The notes under the pieces are model-generated. The model was not told the origin of the DNA, did no database searches, and saw nothing but the letters and a program-made list of their open reading frames with translations. Shown here one piece after another: positions 8,787-18,958 of a DNA stretch of 64,000 nt. Where the stretch lies: positions 17,563 to 81,562 of the forward strand of contig JAUQPD010000007.1 in the NCBI GenBank assembly GCA_030550555.1. Direction: 5' to 3'. The DNA comes from Thermodesulfobacteriota bacterium (GTDB lineage Bacteria; Desulfobacterota; Thermodesulfobacteria; Thermodesulfobacteriales; Thermodesulfobacteriaceae). The translations under genes were made by a program, and so were the position numbers. Positions within the stretch are counted from its first letter, which is position 1. The number at the start of each line of letters is the position of its first letter.

Positions 8787-10094
8787 ATGCATATCGCTGT
8801 AATTGGAACTGGTTATGTTGGTCTTGTCTCTGGTGCGGGTCTTGCAGACTTTGGAATGATGGTAACATGTGTAGATAAAGATGCAGAAAAGATTGAGAAA
8901 CTAAAAAAAGGAGAGATTCCTTTTTATGAACCTGGTCTTGAAAATTTGGTTTTGAAAAATATTAGAGCAGGTAGGTTAGAATTCACAACAGATCTTGCTT
9001 CAGCTGTAAAGAAATCTTTGGTGATATTCATATGTGTTGGGACTCCCTCTCTTCCTGATGGTTCTGCAGATCTAAGTCAAATCCGAGAAGTAGCTCTCTC
9101 CCTTGCTGAGGTAATTGATGACTATAAAGTAATAGTTACCAAAAGCACAGTTCCTGTAGGGACAAATCGCTGGATCAAGGAGCTTATAGATCAGCACAAA
9201 AAACACGATGTAGCAGTTGATGTAATCTCTAACCCAGAGTTTCTTAGAGAAGGCAATGCTGTTGAAGATTTCATGCATCCTGATAGAGTGATTATTGGCG
9301 GTGAATCTGCATATGCTATAGCAATTATCAAAGACATCTACAGGCCTCTATATCTATCGGAAACCCCTTTCATCATTACTAATCTCGAAACTGCAGAACT
9401 AATTAAATATGCATCAAATGCCTTTCTTGCAACAAAGGTTACTTTTATTAATGAAATTGCTAATTTTTGTGAAAAAGTAGGGGCAGATGTAACAGTTGTT
9501 GCTAAGGGTATGGGACTTGATCCCAGGATTGGGGCTAAATTTCTCAATCCTGGTCCAGGATTTGGTGGTTCTTGCTTCCCAAAGGATACCCGGGCTCTTA
9601 TTAGACAGGGCAGACAGGTTAGCTCCCCTTTTAAGATTCTTGAAGCAGTTATTGAGGCAAATGAAAGACAAAAACTGAGAGCAATTGAGAAATTAGAGAC
9701 CTTCTTAGGGGAGCTTGAGGGGAAGACCATTGCTATTCTTGGCCTCTCTTTCAAACCAAATACCAGTGATGTAAGAGAAAGTCCTGCTCTTACAATTGTT
9801 CCTCTTCTTTGCGAGCGAAAAGCGAAGGTTAGGGTCTATGATCCAGTTGCTATGGAGGAATTCAAGAGAGCACTAGGTTCTCTACCAATTGAGTATGCTT
9901 CTAATTCAGAAGAGGCTGTTACCGGAGCTGATGCTATGGTAATCCTCACAGAATGGAATGAGTTCCGCTTCTTAGATCTTGCCAAAATCAGAACTCTCAT
10001 GAGAAATCCACTTCTAATAGACATGAGAAATATTTATGATCCTGAACAGGTGAAAAAACTTGGTTTTAGCTATTCTGGTATAGGTAGGTGTTAA
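8787..10094 (+). CDS. ugd: UDP-glucose 6-dehydrogenase
   Basis: 435 aa. N-terminal IAVIGTGYVGLVSG, catalytic GFGGSCFPKD, and C-terminal LGLSFKPNTSDVRESPA. Confidence 0.9.
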   Translation: MHIAVIGTGYVGLVSGAGLADFGMMVTCVDKDAEKIEKLKKGEIPFYEPGLENLVLKNIRAGRLEFTTDLASAVKKSLVIFICVGTPSLPDGSADLSQIREVALSLAEVIDDYKVIVTKSTVPVGTNRWIKELIDQHKKHDVAVDVISNPEFLREGNAVEDFMHPDRVIIGGESAYAIAIIKDIYRPLYLSETPFIITNLETAELIKYASNAFLATKVTFINEIANFCEKVGADVTVVAKGMGLDPRIGAKFLNPGPGFGGSCFPKDTRALIRQGRQVSSPFKILEAVIEANERQKLRAIEKLETFLGELEGKTIAILGLSFKPNTSDVRESPALTIVPLLCERKAKVRVYDPVAMEEFKRALGSLPIEYASNSEEAVTGADAMVILTEWNEFRFLDLAKIRTLMRNPLLIDMRNIYDPEQVKKLGFSYSGIGRC

Positions 10095-10102
10095 GCTCTC
10101 TC

Positions 10103-10131
10103 TTGATAATCAGATAGAATATAATTATATA
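10103..10131 (+). promoter_or_regulatory. Candidate recA promoter
   Basis: TTGATA-N17-TATATA lies about 35 nt upstream of the recA ATG. A GGGGGAGG SD follows. Confidence 0.45.
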
Positions 10132-10166
10132 TACGTTTAAAAGCAAAAGAAGGGGGAGGAAGTTAG

Positions 10167-11198
10167 ATGGAAAACCTTGATAAGAGAAAGGCAGTAGAGG
10201 CAGCTATTACTCAAATTGAGAGACAATTTGGCAAAGGCACTATCATGAAGCTTGGTGAGGGTGCCAAGAAGATCGAAGTTAGTATTATACCAACGGGTTC
10301 GCTTGCCTTAGATGTAGCAACAGGAGTAGGAGGAATCCCCAGAGGTAGGATTACGGAGATATTTGGTGCTGAGGCATCAGGTAAAACCACGCTAGCCCTC
10401 CATATCGTTGCTCAGGCCCAGAAATTGGGCGGGATTTCTGCATATATTGATGCTGAGCATGCCCTTGATGTCAATTACGCACGGAATCTTGGAGTTAACA
10501 TTGAGGATTTGCTTGTATCACAACCAGATACTGGCGAGCAAGCCCTTGAAATTGCCGAAGTTCTTGCAAGAAGTGGTGCTGTAGATGTGATTGTAATTGA
10601 CTCTGTTGCAGCCCTTGTACCAAGGGCTGAACTTGAAGGAGAAATGGATGAGCAACAAGTTGGGCTTCAGGCAAGGCTTATGTCCAAAGCTATGAGAAAA
10701 CTTACCTCTGCTATTGCTAAAACTAATACCGCGGTAGTCTTTATCAATCAGACCAGAATGAAGATTGGAATGACTGGTTTCGGTGGACCTCAAGAGACAA
10801 CCCCAGGAGGTATGGCTCTAAAATTTTTTGCCACTATGCGGATGGAGATTAAAAAAATTCAAACTCTGAAAGAGGGACAAGAAACACTTGGCAATAGAGT
10901 AAAGGTCAAAATAGTTAAGAACAAACTTGCCCCACCCTTCAAAGAGGCTGAATTCGACATTTATTTTGGAGAAGGTATTTCAAGAGAAGCCGAGTTGATC
11001 GATCTTGGTCTTGCCTTTGGCATCCTTGAAAGAAGTGGTTCTTGGTATGCCTACAAGGGTGAGCGTCTTGGTCAAGGAAGAGAAAATGTGAGAAAGTTAT
11101 TAAAGGAAAAGAAAGATCTTGCAGAAGAGCTCGAACTTAAAATTAGGGAGCTGACAGGTCTTCCTCTTCCTGAAGATTTGATCATTCCAAAGGCTTAA
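10167..11198 (+). CDS. recA: Recombinase RecA
   Basis: 343 aa. Motifs: [14 protein letters not shown], Walker [21 protein letters not shown]. Confidence 0.97.
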   Translation: MENLDKRKAVEAAITQIERQFGKGTIMKLGEGAKKIEVSIIPTGSLALDVATGVGGIPRGRITEIFGAEASGKTTLALHIVAQAQKLGGISAYIDAEHALDVNYARNLGVNIEDLLVSQPDTGEQALEIAEVLARSGAVDVIVIDSVAALVPRAELEGEMDEQQVGLQARLMSKAMRKLTSAIAKTNTAVVFINQTRMKIGMTGFGGPQETTPGGMALKFFATMRMEIKKIQTLKEGQETLGNRVKVKIVKNKLAPPFKEAEFDIYFGEGISREAELIDLGLAFGILERSGSWYAYKGERLGQGRENVRKLLKEKKDLAEELELKIRELTGLPLPEDLIIPKA

Positions 11199-11246
11199 CA
11201 AATAAAGGAGGACTCAATAAAAGTATATGTGGCCTGACATCTTCTT

Positions 11247-12254
11247 ATGAAGATAGATCTGACTAGATTAGAGCAAAAGATCTCTGACTTAAGAATACTT
11301 GTAGTTGGAGATCTTATACTCGATCGCTATTTTTGGGGCGTTGTGGAAAGAATATCACCTGAGGCACCTGTTCCCATTTTTGAACTAAAAGAGATTACCT
11401 ATTCTCTTGGGGGTTCTGCAAATGTTGCCTCCAATTTGAGAGGGCTAGGTGCTGAGGTAGAACTCGTGGGACTTGTTGGTGAAGACAATAAAGGTAGAAT
11501 CCTAAGAGATCTTGCAAAAAGGGATGGCATTGGCACAAGGGGAATCCTCTCAGATAGAGAAAGGCCAACAATTATAAAAACAAGAGTTATAGCACAAGCC
11601 CAGCATCTTCTTCGGATTGACAAAGAGGAAAGGAAGCCACTTTCAGAAAAAATTGCAGTGGAAATCCAAAAGGTCTATCGAGAACTACTTCCCTTTTGCG
11701 ATGGGGTCATTTTATCTGACTATGCAAAGGGTATTTTTCTAAATGATGAGCTTTGTCAGTGGTTCATCAAAGAAGCTCGAGTCCTAAATAAGAGCGTCTT
11801 TGTTGACCCAAAAAGTCCCAACTGGAAAAAGTATGAAGGTGCAACTACGATTACCCCCAATTTTAAGGAGTTTAAAGAGGTCCTCTTTAAGGAGGGGCTT
11901 CCTACAGAGGATTTTGATCATTCTGCAAAGTATCTAATTTCCAAGTATGGCCTAAACTTCTTGATTGTAACCCTTGGGAAAGAAGGAATTTATCTCTATC
12001 ATGAAGAAATAGGTGGAGTGCGCTTGCCCTCGCAGGCAAGAGAGGTCTATGATGTATCAGGTGCAGGAGATACAGTTATTGCCAGTTTGACTACTTTTTA
12101 TTTGGCTGGCTTACCCCTAATTGAAGCAGTAAGACTTGCTAACATCTGTGCTGGAATAGTTGTAGGAAAGGTGGGAACAAAACCAATTTATTTTTATGAA
12201 CTCAAGAATTTTCTTAAATTTTCCGAGGAGGAGGGCCTTTATGGGAAAGATTGA
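11247..12254 (+). CDS. D-glycero-beta-D-manno-heptose-7-phosphate kinase (RfaE/HldE domain I type, PfkB family)
   Basis: 335 aa. [24 protein letters not shown] and the C-terminal [11 protein letters not shown] are typical of PfkB sugar kinases and RfaE domain I. Confidence 0.8.
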   Translation: MKIDLTRLEQKISDLRILVVGDLILDRYFWGVVERISPEAPVPIFELKEITYSLGGSANVASNLRGLGAEVELVGLVGEDNKGRILRDLAKRDGIGTRGILSDRERPTIIKTRVIAQAQHLLRIDKEERKPLSEKIAVEIQKVYRELLPFCDGVILSDYAKGIFLNDELCQWFIKEARVLNKSVFVDPKSPNWKKYEGATTITPNFKEFKEVLFKEGLPTEDFDHSAKYLISKYGLNFLIVTLGKEGIYLYHEEIGGVRLPSQAREVYDVSGAGDTVIASLTTFYLAGLPLIEAVRLANICAGIVVGKVGTKPIYFYELKNFLKFSEEEGLYGKD

Positions 12255-13518
12255 TAGAGTTAGGGCAAGAGAGATTCTTGACTCAAGAGGAAATCCTACA
12301 ATTGAAGTAGAGGTTCATTTAGAGAGTGGTTTTCATGCAAGGGCCTGTGTGCCCTCAGGAGCATCAACTGGTAAGTATGAAGCTTTGGAGCTGAGAGATG
12401 GCGATAAGAAGAGGTTTTTTGGAAAGGGAGTTAAAAAGGCAGTCTTTCATGTAAATGAGATTATTGCTCCGCAGATTGAGGGACTCGAGTCCACTCGGCA
12501 AGCTGAGATAGACCTCCTTCTCTGTGAACTTGATGGAACCGAAAATAAGTCACGATTAGGTGCTAACGCCATTCTTGGGGTATCTATGGCTATTGCCAGA
12601 GCTTCTGCTGAAGAATTAGGTCTCCCCCTGTTTTTGTATCTCGGGGGACAGAGAGCGCGAGTTCTTCCCGTTCCTTTTATGAATGTAATTAACGGTGGAG
12701 TCCACGCAGATAATCCCTTAGATATTCAGGAATTTATGATTGTACCCTGGGGAGCGGAGACCTTTAGTGAGGCCCTACGCATGGGAGTAGAAACCTATCA
12801 GGCCCTGAAAGCTCTCCTCAGAGAAAAGGGCCTCTCTACCTCTGTTGGAGATGAAGGAGGATTTGCTCCTTATATTGGCTCACCAGAGGAAGCTCTTGAG
12901 TATTTATTGATGGCTATTGAGAGAGCAGGATATAAACCTCTTGAGGACATTGCCCTTGCCTTAGATGTTGCTGGTTCTGAACTATACAAAAATGGTCAAT
13001 ACGAATTTTCAGGTATGGGGAAAATCTTCTCACGAGAAGAATTAGTTGAATACTATGAAAACCTTGTAAACAATTTTCCCATTATATCTATTGAAGATCC
13101 ATTTTCAGAAGATGATCCAGAGGGTTTTAAATTAATCACCTCAAAGCTTGGTAATAGAATTCAGATTGTAGGAGATGACCTTTTGGTTACCAATCCAAAG
13201 AGGATTGAATGGGGAATCAGAGAAAATGTATGTAATGCGGTTCTTATAAAACTAAATCAGATTGGCACCGTTACGGAGACAATTTCTGCTGTTGATTTGG
13301 CTATCAAGCACTGCTGGAACGCTATGATTTCTCATCGTTCTGGAGAAACAGAAGATGCCTTCATTGCAGATCTTGCAGTTGCCCTCAACACTGGTCAAAT
13401 TAAAACAGGAGCTCCTGCAAGATCTGAGAGAACAGCTAAATTCAATCAATTACTGAGGATTGAAGAATATCTTGGTAAATCTGCCATCTTTGCAGGGAAG
13501 AAATGTCTGAAAGTTTAG
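12241..13518 (+). CDS. eno: Enolase
   Basis: [25 protein letters not shown] is the canonical enolase N-terminus. The track start at 12196 adds 15 non-homologous residues. SHRSGETED is present. Confidence 0.95.
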   Translation: MGKIDRVRAREILDSRGNPTIEVEVHLESGFHARACVPSGASTGKYEALELRDGDKKRFFGKGVKKAVFHVNEIIAPQIEGLESTRQAEIDLLLCELDGTENKSRLGANAILGVSMAIARASAEELGLPLFLYLGGQRARVLPVPFMNVINGGVHADNPLDIQEFMIVPWGAETFSEALRMGVETYQALKALLREKGLSTSVGDEGGFAPYIGSPEEALEYLLMAIERAGYKPLEDIALALDVAGSELYKNGQYEFSGMGKIFSREELVEYYENLVNNFPIISIEDPFSEDDPEGFKLITSKLGNRIQIVGDDLLVTNPKRIEWGIRENVCNAVLIKLNQIGTVTETISAVDLAIKHCWNAMISHRSGETEDAFIADLAVALNTGQIKTGAPARSERTAKFNQLLRIEEYLGKSAIFAGKKCLKV

Positions 13519-14819
13519 AGCTTGAAAGCCTTATCTCCTATCTTGCAGAGCTGAGCAATAGTGATAAAGGGGTTGAGTTTTTTCTTACTGCTGAAGAGGG
13601 CTACACTCTTGACTACAAAGACAGACAACTTTATCTTGAAGATTCTTCAAAGGAAGTTATCCTTGCGGTTCGCTATCTCAACGAAAAGGGAAAAACAGGC
13701 ATACTCTCCATAACTTCTCCTAATAAGGACAAAATTGAAGAGGCAGTTGCTTATGCCAAGTCTCTATCAGAGGTTGGACAAGAGGGAATATTTCCATCGC
13801 TCTCACATGAGTATAGCCACCTAAAAAAATCGGAGACCTTAAGGCCTTCAAGGGATCTCCTTTACACTTTACTTGAACAGTCAAGAGAAACATTGGCAAG
13901 ATTTAAGAAGATAACTCGCATTGAACGCGAGATCTTGAGTTGGAATAGGTCAAATATTTTTCTGATCAGGGAGGGTTTAGTTCTTTCAGAGGAACTCCAA
14001 TCCTTCGGATTTTCTCTTTCCTGTGTTGCAAGAGGCAGGAAGAGAGAAGCTTCTTCCTATGTATCTGTTGAAGCAGTTAGTCCTGAAAGCCTTCAAATTG
14101 AAAGGATGGCAAGTTGGTGTGCCTTTAAAGCAGAGGTTCTTTCTGAAACGAGAAAGGGGAATTCTCTGAAATGTGCAGTTGTTTTTCCACCTGAGCATGC
14201 TCTTGAGCTTCTGGGTATTCTTGCTTTTTCCTTGAATGGAGAAGAAGTCCTAAAGGGAAGATCAAAGCTTGCAAATTCTCAAGGGGAAAAAGTATTTTCA
14301 GAGGGGCTCACAATAATTGATGACGGCATCGATCCTAAGCTTATTGAGAGTAGGGCCTTTGATGATGAGGGGATCCCTCAGCAGAGGACAGTTTTAATTG
14401 AAAGGGGAAAGGTAGTCAGCTTTATTTGGAATAACCTCACTGGTCAAAGGGCTGGTGTTCCTTCAACAGGAAATGCCAGAAGACCTGATCTTTCAAGTCC
14501 ACCTAGAGTTGATTTCACAAATTTGTATATTGTTCCCAGTTCTACAGATAGGACCTCTCTTCTTTGTTCAGCTCACAGGGTCTTTATGGTTCTTGAACTT
14601 CTCGGGGTTCATACCGCTGATCCTATTTCTGGTGACTTTTCTTTTGGAGCAAGTGGGATCCTCTATGAAAGAGGGGAAGAGGTTGACTACTTGGCTGAAA
14701 TGGCTCTTTCTGGAAATATCTTTGAATTGTTTAGAGAAGTTGAGATTGCCCATGACTTAACCTTTTTTGGTGCTATGGGGGCCCCAAGTCTTCTTTTTCC
14801 AGAAATATGCCTTGGTTAG
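13503..14819 (+). CDS. TldD/PmbA-family metalloprotease-like protein
   Basis: 438 aa. The C-terminal region (TGNARR..., [16 protein letters not shown]) is typical of the PmbA/TldD family. Confidence 0.75.
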   Translation: MSESLELESLISYLAELSNSDKGVEFFLTAEEGYTLDYKDRQLYLEDSSKEVILAVRYLNEKGKTGILSITSPNKDKIEEAVAYAKSLSEVGQEGIFPSLSHEYSHLKKSETLRPSRDLLYTLLEQSRETLARFKKITRIEREILSWNRSNIFLIREGLVLSEELQSFGFSLSCVARGRKREASSYVSVEAVSPESLQIERMASWCAFKAEVLSETRKGNSLKCAVVFPPEHALELLGILAFSLNGEEVLKGRSKLANSQGEKVFSEGLTIIDDGIDPKLIESRAFDDEGIPQQRTVLIERGKVVSFIWNNLTGQRAGVPSTGNARRPDLSSPPRVDFTNLYIVPSSTDRTSLLCSAHRVFMVLELLGVHTADPISGDFSFGASGILYERGEEVDYLAEMALSGNIFELFREVEIAHDLTFFGAMGAPSLLFPEICLG

Positions 14820-14850
14820 AAAAAAAATCAAACTTGAGGGGTGGGAGATT

Positions 14851-15894
14851 ATGACCTTTAAAGAGGCAATAGAAAAGCTCAAAGAGAAGAAGAATCTTAC
14901 TAAAAATGAAGCTTATCACCTTTTTAAGAGTCTTGCGGTTGAGTCTTTTGATGAGGCTGAAGTTGAGGAATTTTTAAAGCTTTTGAGAGAAAAGGGTGAG
15001 AGTTGGGAAGAGATTGCAGGTGCGGTTAGGGCCTATAGAGAGGTTATGAGACCCTTTAAACATGGGCTTCCAGAGGATGCTATTCTCATTGATACTTGCG
15101 GAACAGGTGGTGATGCTAAAGGGACCTTTAATTTTTCAACAGCAGTTGCTTTGGCACTCTCTGCGGAAGAGGATATCTATGTAGTTAAGCATGGGAATCG
15201 GGCAATTTCAAGTAAGTGTGGAAGTGCAGACCTTGTAGAAGCTTTAGGGATCCCACTTGATCTTCCAGAGGAATTTCTTCAGAGAGCTCTCCATGAGATC
15301 AGATTTGTTTTCCTTTTTGCCCCACTCTATCATCAGGCCTTTGCAAAGGTTGCTCCCATAAGGAAACGAATCGGCAGGACTATTTTCAATCTCTTAGGGC
15401 CATTGCTAAATCCTGCTCAGCCCAAATATCAACTTCTTGGAGTCTTCAATTTTCTTCTCACAGAAAAAATTGCCCTTGTGCTTGATGACCTTGGAGTTAA
15501 GAGAGCTATGGTTGTTTGGGGCGAAGATGGTTATGATGAAGTAACGGTTACAGGCTCAACAAAAGTTTCAGAACTAAGAGATGGAAAAATAACGACCTAC
15601 TACTTAGATCCCGAGGACTTTGGATTGGAGAGGCTTCCAGAAGAGAGATGGGAAGAGCTACAGAGCTCTTCAAAAGAGGAAAGTTTAGAAATCTTACAGA
15701 AACTTTTCTCAAATCGCCTCGAAGGACCAATAAGGGATATGTTCCTTCTTAATCTTGCCTGTGCACTTTACACCTGTGGTAAAACCATAGACATCAAAGG
15801 CGGGCTAAAGCGAGCACGAGAGATGCTTGAAAATGGTGTCATTGAGAGGCACTTAGGAAGAATTATATCTTTTTATGAAGGAATAAAAAACTAA
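14851..15894 (+). CDS. trpD: Anthranilate phosphoribosyltransferase
   Basis: Motifs: DTCGTGGDAKGTFNFSTA, VKHGNRAISSKCGSADLVEALG, RTIFNLLGPLLNPA. The ATG at 14851 is preceded by gaggggtgggag. The track start at 14767 overlaps the preceding gene. Confidence 0.85.
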   Translation: MTFKEAIEKLKEKKNLTKNEAYHLFKSLAVESFDEAEVEEFLKLLREKGESWEEIAGAVRAYREVMRPFKHGLPEDAILIDTCGTGGDAKGTFNFSTAVALALSAEEDIYVVKHGNRAISSKCGSADLVEALGIPLDLPEEFLQRALHEIRFVFLFAPLYHQAFAKVAPIRKRIGRTIFNLLGPLLNPAQPKYQLLGVFNFLLTEKIALVLDDLGVKRAMVVWGEDGYDEVTVTGSTKVSELRDGKITTYYLDPEDFGLERLPEERWEELQSSSKEESLEILQKLFSNRLEGPIRDMFLLNLACALYTCGKTIDIKGGLKRAREMLENGVIERHLGRIISFYEGIKN

Positions 15895-15927
15895 GTCATA
15901 ACGAATTAACTTAGACAGTACTCAATA

Positions 15928-16707
15928 ATGGGAACCCGTGTTCTTGTTGTTGCTGGTTTTGATCCTTCAGGGGGTGCTGGTTTACTCCTTGACACAAAGA
16001 TGTTAACACTCCTTGGTCATTGTGTTGCCTCAGTTCCAACTACCTTAACTCTTCAGAATACAAAAACCTTTGAAGACTGGGAGCCCTTAAAAACTAGGCT
16101 CTTTGAGAGAATGCTTAAGCTCACACTTGAAGATACCCCTGTTGAAGGGGTAAAAATTGGAATGCTTGGAACCCAAGAGATATTGGAGATAACAGGGCAT
16201 TATTTGAGAAAATATAGATCTCAAATTAGATGGATTGTCCTTGACCCTGTTCTGAAGGCAACACTCCATAAGGACCTCTTTCAAGGGGAAAATTTTCTCA
16301 ATATACTCAAAAGTGAACTCTTGCCCTTAGTTGATGTTATCACCCCAAATATTTTTGAAGCAGAAACTCTTTCTAAACGACCTATAACTACCACTGAAGA
16401 CTTAAGAGAGGTTGCTCAGTACTTAAGTAGCTTTGGTGTAAAGATTCCGCTCATTACTGGGTATAGAAAAGGAGGAAGAATCTACAACTATCTTATGATT
16501 GATGGCAAGATTAGAGGTTTCTCTGTCAGGGAGCTCCCCTTGGAATTTCATGGAACAGGATGTGCCCTATCCTCTCTCCTTCTTGGTTACTTATTACTTA
16601 CAAATACTCCAGTAAAGGCTCTAAGGTTAGCTATGAGAAAACTTAGAAAAATACTAAAATTAAGGGCTTCCAATCCATTATCCTCTGAATTACAATTAAT
16701 TCACTGA
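15928..16707 (+). CDS. thiD: Hydroxymethylpyrimidine/phosphomethylpyrimidine kinase
   Basis: 259 aa. VLVVAGFDPSGGAGLLLD and the GTGCALSS motif are present. Confidence 0.85.
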   Translation: MGTRVLVVAGFDPSGGAGLLLDTKMLTLLGHCVASVPTTLTLQNTKTFEDWEPLKTRLFERMLKLTLEDTPVEGVKIGMLGTQEILEITGHYLRKYRSQIRWIVLDPVLKATLHKDLFQGENFLNILKSELLPLVDVITPNIFEAETLSKRPITTTEDLREVAQYLSSFGVKIPLITGYRKGGRIYNYLMIDGKIRGFSVRELPLEFHGTGCALSSLLLGYLLLTNTPVKALRLAMRKLRKILKLRASNPLSSELQLIH

Positions 16708-16746
16708 TTTCCCCTACAAAAAGATCTCTATCAACAAGGAGGACCT

Positions 16747-18234
16747 TTGATTTTGGAGCTTGAACAGGACGTTAGGAATAGTTTCTTTGAGCTTCTTGCC
16801 TTTCCAGAAAAAGGGTTACTTCTATCTCTTTTGAGAAAGTTTAGGTACAGGGACGATATTTACGTTGTTGGCGGTGCGGTTAGGGATCTCTTTTTTGGTC
16901 GAAGAATTTATGATCTGGACCTTGCGGTAAAACATGATCCACAGAAATTTCAGCTCTTCCTTGCAGAGAGACTCAAATACACTCCAGTTCCTCTCTCTCA
17001 AGAGTTCGGAATTTACAGACTAGCAAAAGGTAATTTAACAATTGACATCTGTCTCTATAGAGGAGAGACCATTGATGAAGATCTTAAGAATAGAGATTTT
17101 ACTATTAACTCCCTTGCTATTCCCATAAGATCTCTATTTGAAGGTCCAGTTATTCTTGTTGACCCGACCTGCGGACTAAGGGACCTAAAGTATGGAATTA
17201 TCAGGACCTTTTCACGAAAAAACATACTGGATGATCCTTTGAGAATTCTGAGAGCATATAGGTTTTTCTCTCAGGGATATGGGACCATAGATAGTAGTAC
17301 AAGAGAAATTTTTGCGGAGCTCTGGAGTCAAATGCAAGAGGTTGCTGGGGAGAGAATAAATCTTGAATTAAAACAGATACTACTTAGTTGTAGGGCCTAT
17401 GAAGCCTTCTGCCTTATGGCAGAGGATAGTGTTCTCTACTCTTTGATTCCAGAACTTGCCAAATGTAGAGGCATCAAACAGCCTTCATTTCATCATCTCG
17501 ATGTTCTCAATCATCTTCTTGAAGCTATGGGTTCTGCAGAGAAGATTCTGCTTAATCCAAGGGGCTATCTTCCTTTGGAGGAATTACCAAGAGAATTTGA
17601 AGATGAAGACTTTATTCAGGTGGTCAAACTGGCAAGCCTTCTTCATGATCTCGGAAAGGGTTATACTTATGCTATAGATGAAGACCGAATCACCTTTTAT
17701 GGTCATGAAAAAGTTGGTGCTGAGTTGTGGGAGGAGAGAGCCAAAGTCCTCAGATTTAAAAGTGAGATTATTGAAAGGGTAAGTAGGCTAATAAGAAATC
17801 ACATGAGACCATGTCATCTACTTAGAGAATGGGAAGAAGGGCGCCTTACTTTGAGAGCTAAAAGAAATCTTTTAAAGGATCAACCTTCCCTTTATGAACT
17901 TTGGATTGTAGCTCTCGCAGACTCACTTGCTTCAAAGGGACCTGATAAAGAGCCTGATTACGAGGAGAGACTTAACGCTTTCTTTTTGGAGATTTTAAAA
18001 TTTCAAGGAGAGATGCTAAGGATTGAGAAAAAAGAGCGTTTGATAACTGGGAATGATTTAATCAACTTAGGTTTTGTCCCAGGACCTCTCTTTAAAATAA
18101 TTCTTGAGGAGATTGAAATTCAGGTCCTTGAGGGAAAATTGAAAACGAAAGAAGAAGCTATCAAATATATTCTCTCTAAGTATGGCAATCAGCGACAAGG
18201 AAAAGAGGGAAATCAATCAGTTTGCAGAGCTTGA
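16747..18234 (+). CDS. cca: CCA-adding enzyme / poly(A) polymerase family nucleotidyltransferase with HD domain
   Basis: Head-domain motif VVGGAVRDLFFGRRIYDLDLAV, RDFTINSLA, and an HD region LLHDLGK...GHE. It has a TTG start, so the start is uncertain. Confidence 0.8.
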   Translation: MILELEQDVRNSFFELLAFPEKGLLLSLLRKFRYRDDIYVVGGAVRDLFFGRRIYDLDLAVKHDPQKFQLFLAERLKYTPVPLSQEFGIYRLAKGNLTIDICLYRGETIDEDLKNRDFTINSLAIPIRSLFEGPVILVDPTCGLRDLKYGIIRTFSRKNILDDPLRILRAYRFFSQGYGTIDSSTREIFAELWSQMQEVAGERINLELKQILLSCRAYEAFCLMAEDSVLYSLIPELAKCRGIKQPSFHHLDVLNHLLEAMGSAEKILLNPRGYLPLEELPREFEDEDFIQVVKLASLLHDLGKGYTYAIDEDRITFYGHEKVGAELWEERAKVLRFKSEIIERVSRLIRNHMRPCHLLREWEEGRLTLRAKRNLLKDQPSLYELWIVALADSLASKGPDKEPDYEERLNAFFLEILKFQGEMLRIEKKERLITGNDLINLGFVPGPLFKIILEEIEIQVLEGKLKTKEEAIKYILSKYGNQRQGKEGNQSVCRA

Positions 18235-18949
18235 AGAGGTCCCCTTTTTTCGAGGGAAATTAGTAGTCTATCAGCCAAAGAAAGGATTTCGTTTCGGAAT
18301 TGATAGCCTCTTACTTGCTGATTTTCTTGAGTTAAAGAGAGGAGAGAGGGTCTTAGAGATTGGTGCAGGGACAGGCATTATCAGTTTTACTCTGCTTCTA
18401 CGTTTTCCATACTCCAAAATCTATCTTTTAGAGATTGATCCTATGTGTGTGTCTGCCATCTCTTGTGGAATATCTGCAAATTCCTTCGAAGAGAGGGCCT
18501 TTCTCATAAGAGGAGATGCCCTCAAAGCTCCTTTTAAGTCGGGCATATGGGACGTAATTTTTGCAAATCCACCCTATTTTAAAGAGGGAACTGGACGAGC
18601 AAGTCCCAAAGAGCTCAGAAATCTTGCAAGAAGAGAGAGAACTTTAAACTTAGATTCCCTTTTAGAGACCTGCTCAAAACTTTTAAAAAACGGGGGAAGA
18701 CTATATCTGATATTTACTGCCTTAAGATTTGCCGAACTTATCTATAAGTTAAAAACCTTTCAGCTCGAACCAAAGGTTATTCGCCTTGTTCACAGTTATC
18801 CTGAGGAGAGAGCAAAACTTGTGCTCATAAAGGCAATAAAGGGAGCAAAGGAAGAGGTTTTGGTTGAAAGACCTCTCTATATTTATGAAACCAAAGGAGG
18901 AGACTATTCAGAAGAGGTGAGAAAAATTTTAAACCTGTCTTATATTTAA
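18182..18949 (+). CDS. SAM-dependent N6-adenine methyltransferase, TrmN6/YfiC-like
   Basis: SAM motif LEIGAGTGIIS and catalytic FANPPYF. It overlaps the cca 3' end by 53 nt. Confidence 0.65.
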   Translation: MAISDKEKREINQFAELEEVPFFRGKLVVYQPKKGFRFGIDSLLLADFLELKRGERVLEIGAGTGIISFTLLLRFPYSKIYLLEIDPMCVSAISCGISANSFEERAFLIRGDALKAPFKSGIWDVIFANPPYFKEGTGRASPKELRNLARRERTLNLDSLLETCSKLLKNGGRLYLIFTALRFAELIYKLKTFQLEPKVIRLVHSYPEERAKLVLIKAIKGAKEEVLVERPLYIYETKGGDYSEEVRKILNLSYI

Positions 18950-18958
18950 AAATTTGCT

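Noticed and set aside
9338-9754. Long antisense or alternative-frame ORFs inside ugd. Similar cases are at 36918..37268, 39268..39684, 45882..46223, 59399..59758 and 62052..62465.
   Set aside because: Each is embedded in a confidently identified gene on the other strand or frame. They are Ser/Leu/Arg/Pro-rich and have no start context, so I treat them as shadow ORFs.
10095-10166. SOS (LexA) box upstream of recA
   Set aside because: I saw no CTGT-N8-ACAG, GAAC-N4-GTTC or similar palindrome. There is only an AT-rich promoter-like sequence.
12196-12240. N-terminal extensions given by the track for eno (12196), trpD (14767), leuC (50766), the DsrF-like gene (1714), tig (42426), the cupin (42485) and the two small minus-strand genes (48840, 49175)
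   Set aside because: In each case an internal ATG has a proper SD at 5-9 nt, and the conserved family N-terminus begins there. The extensions overlap upstream genes or the SD itself.
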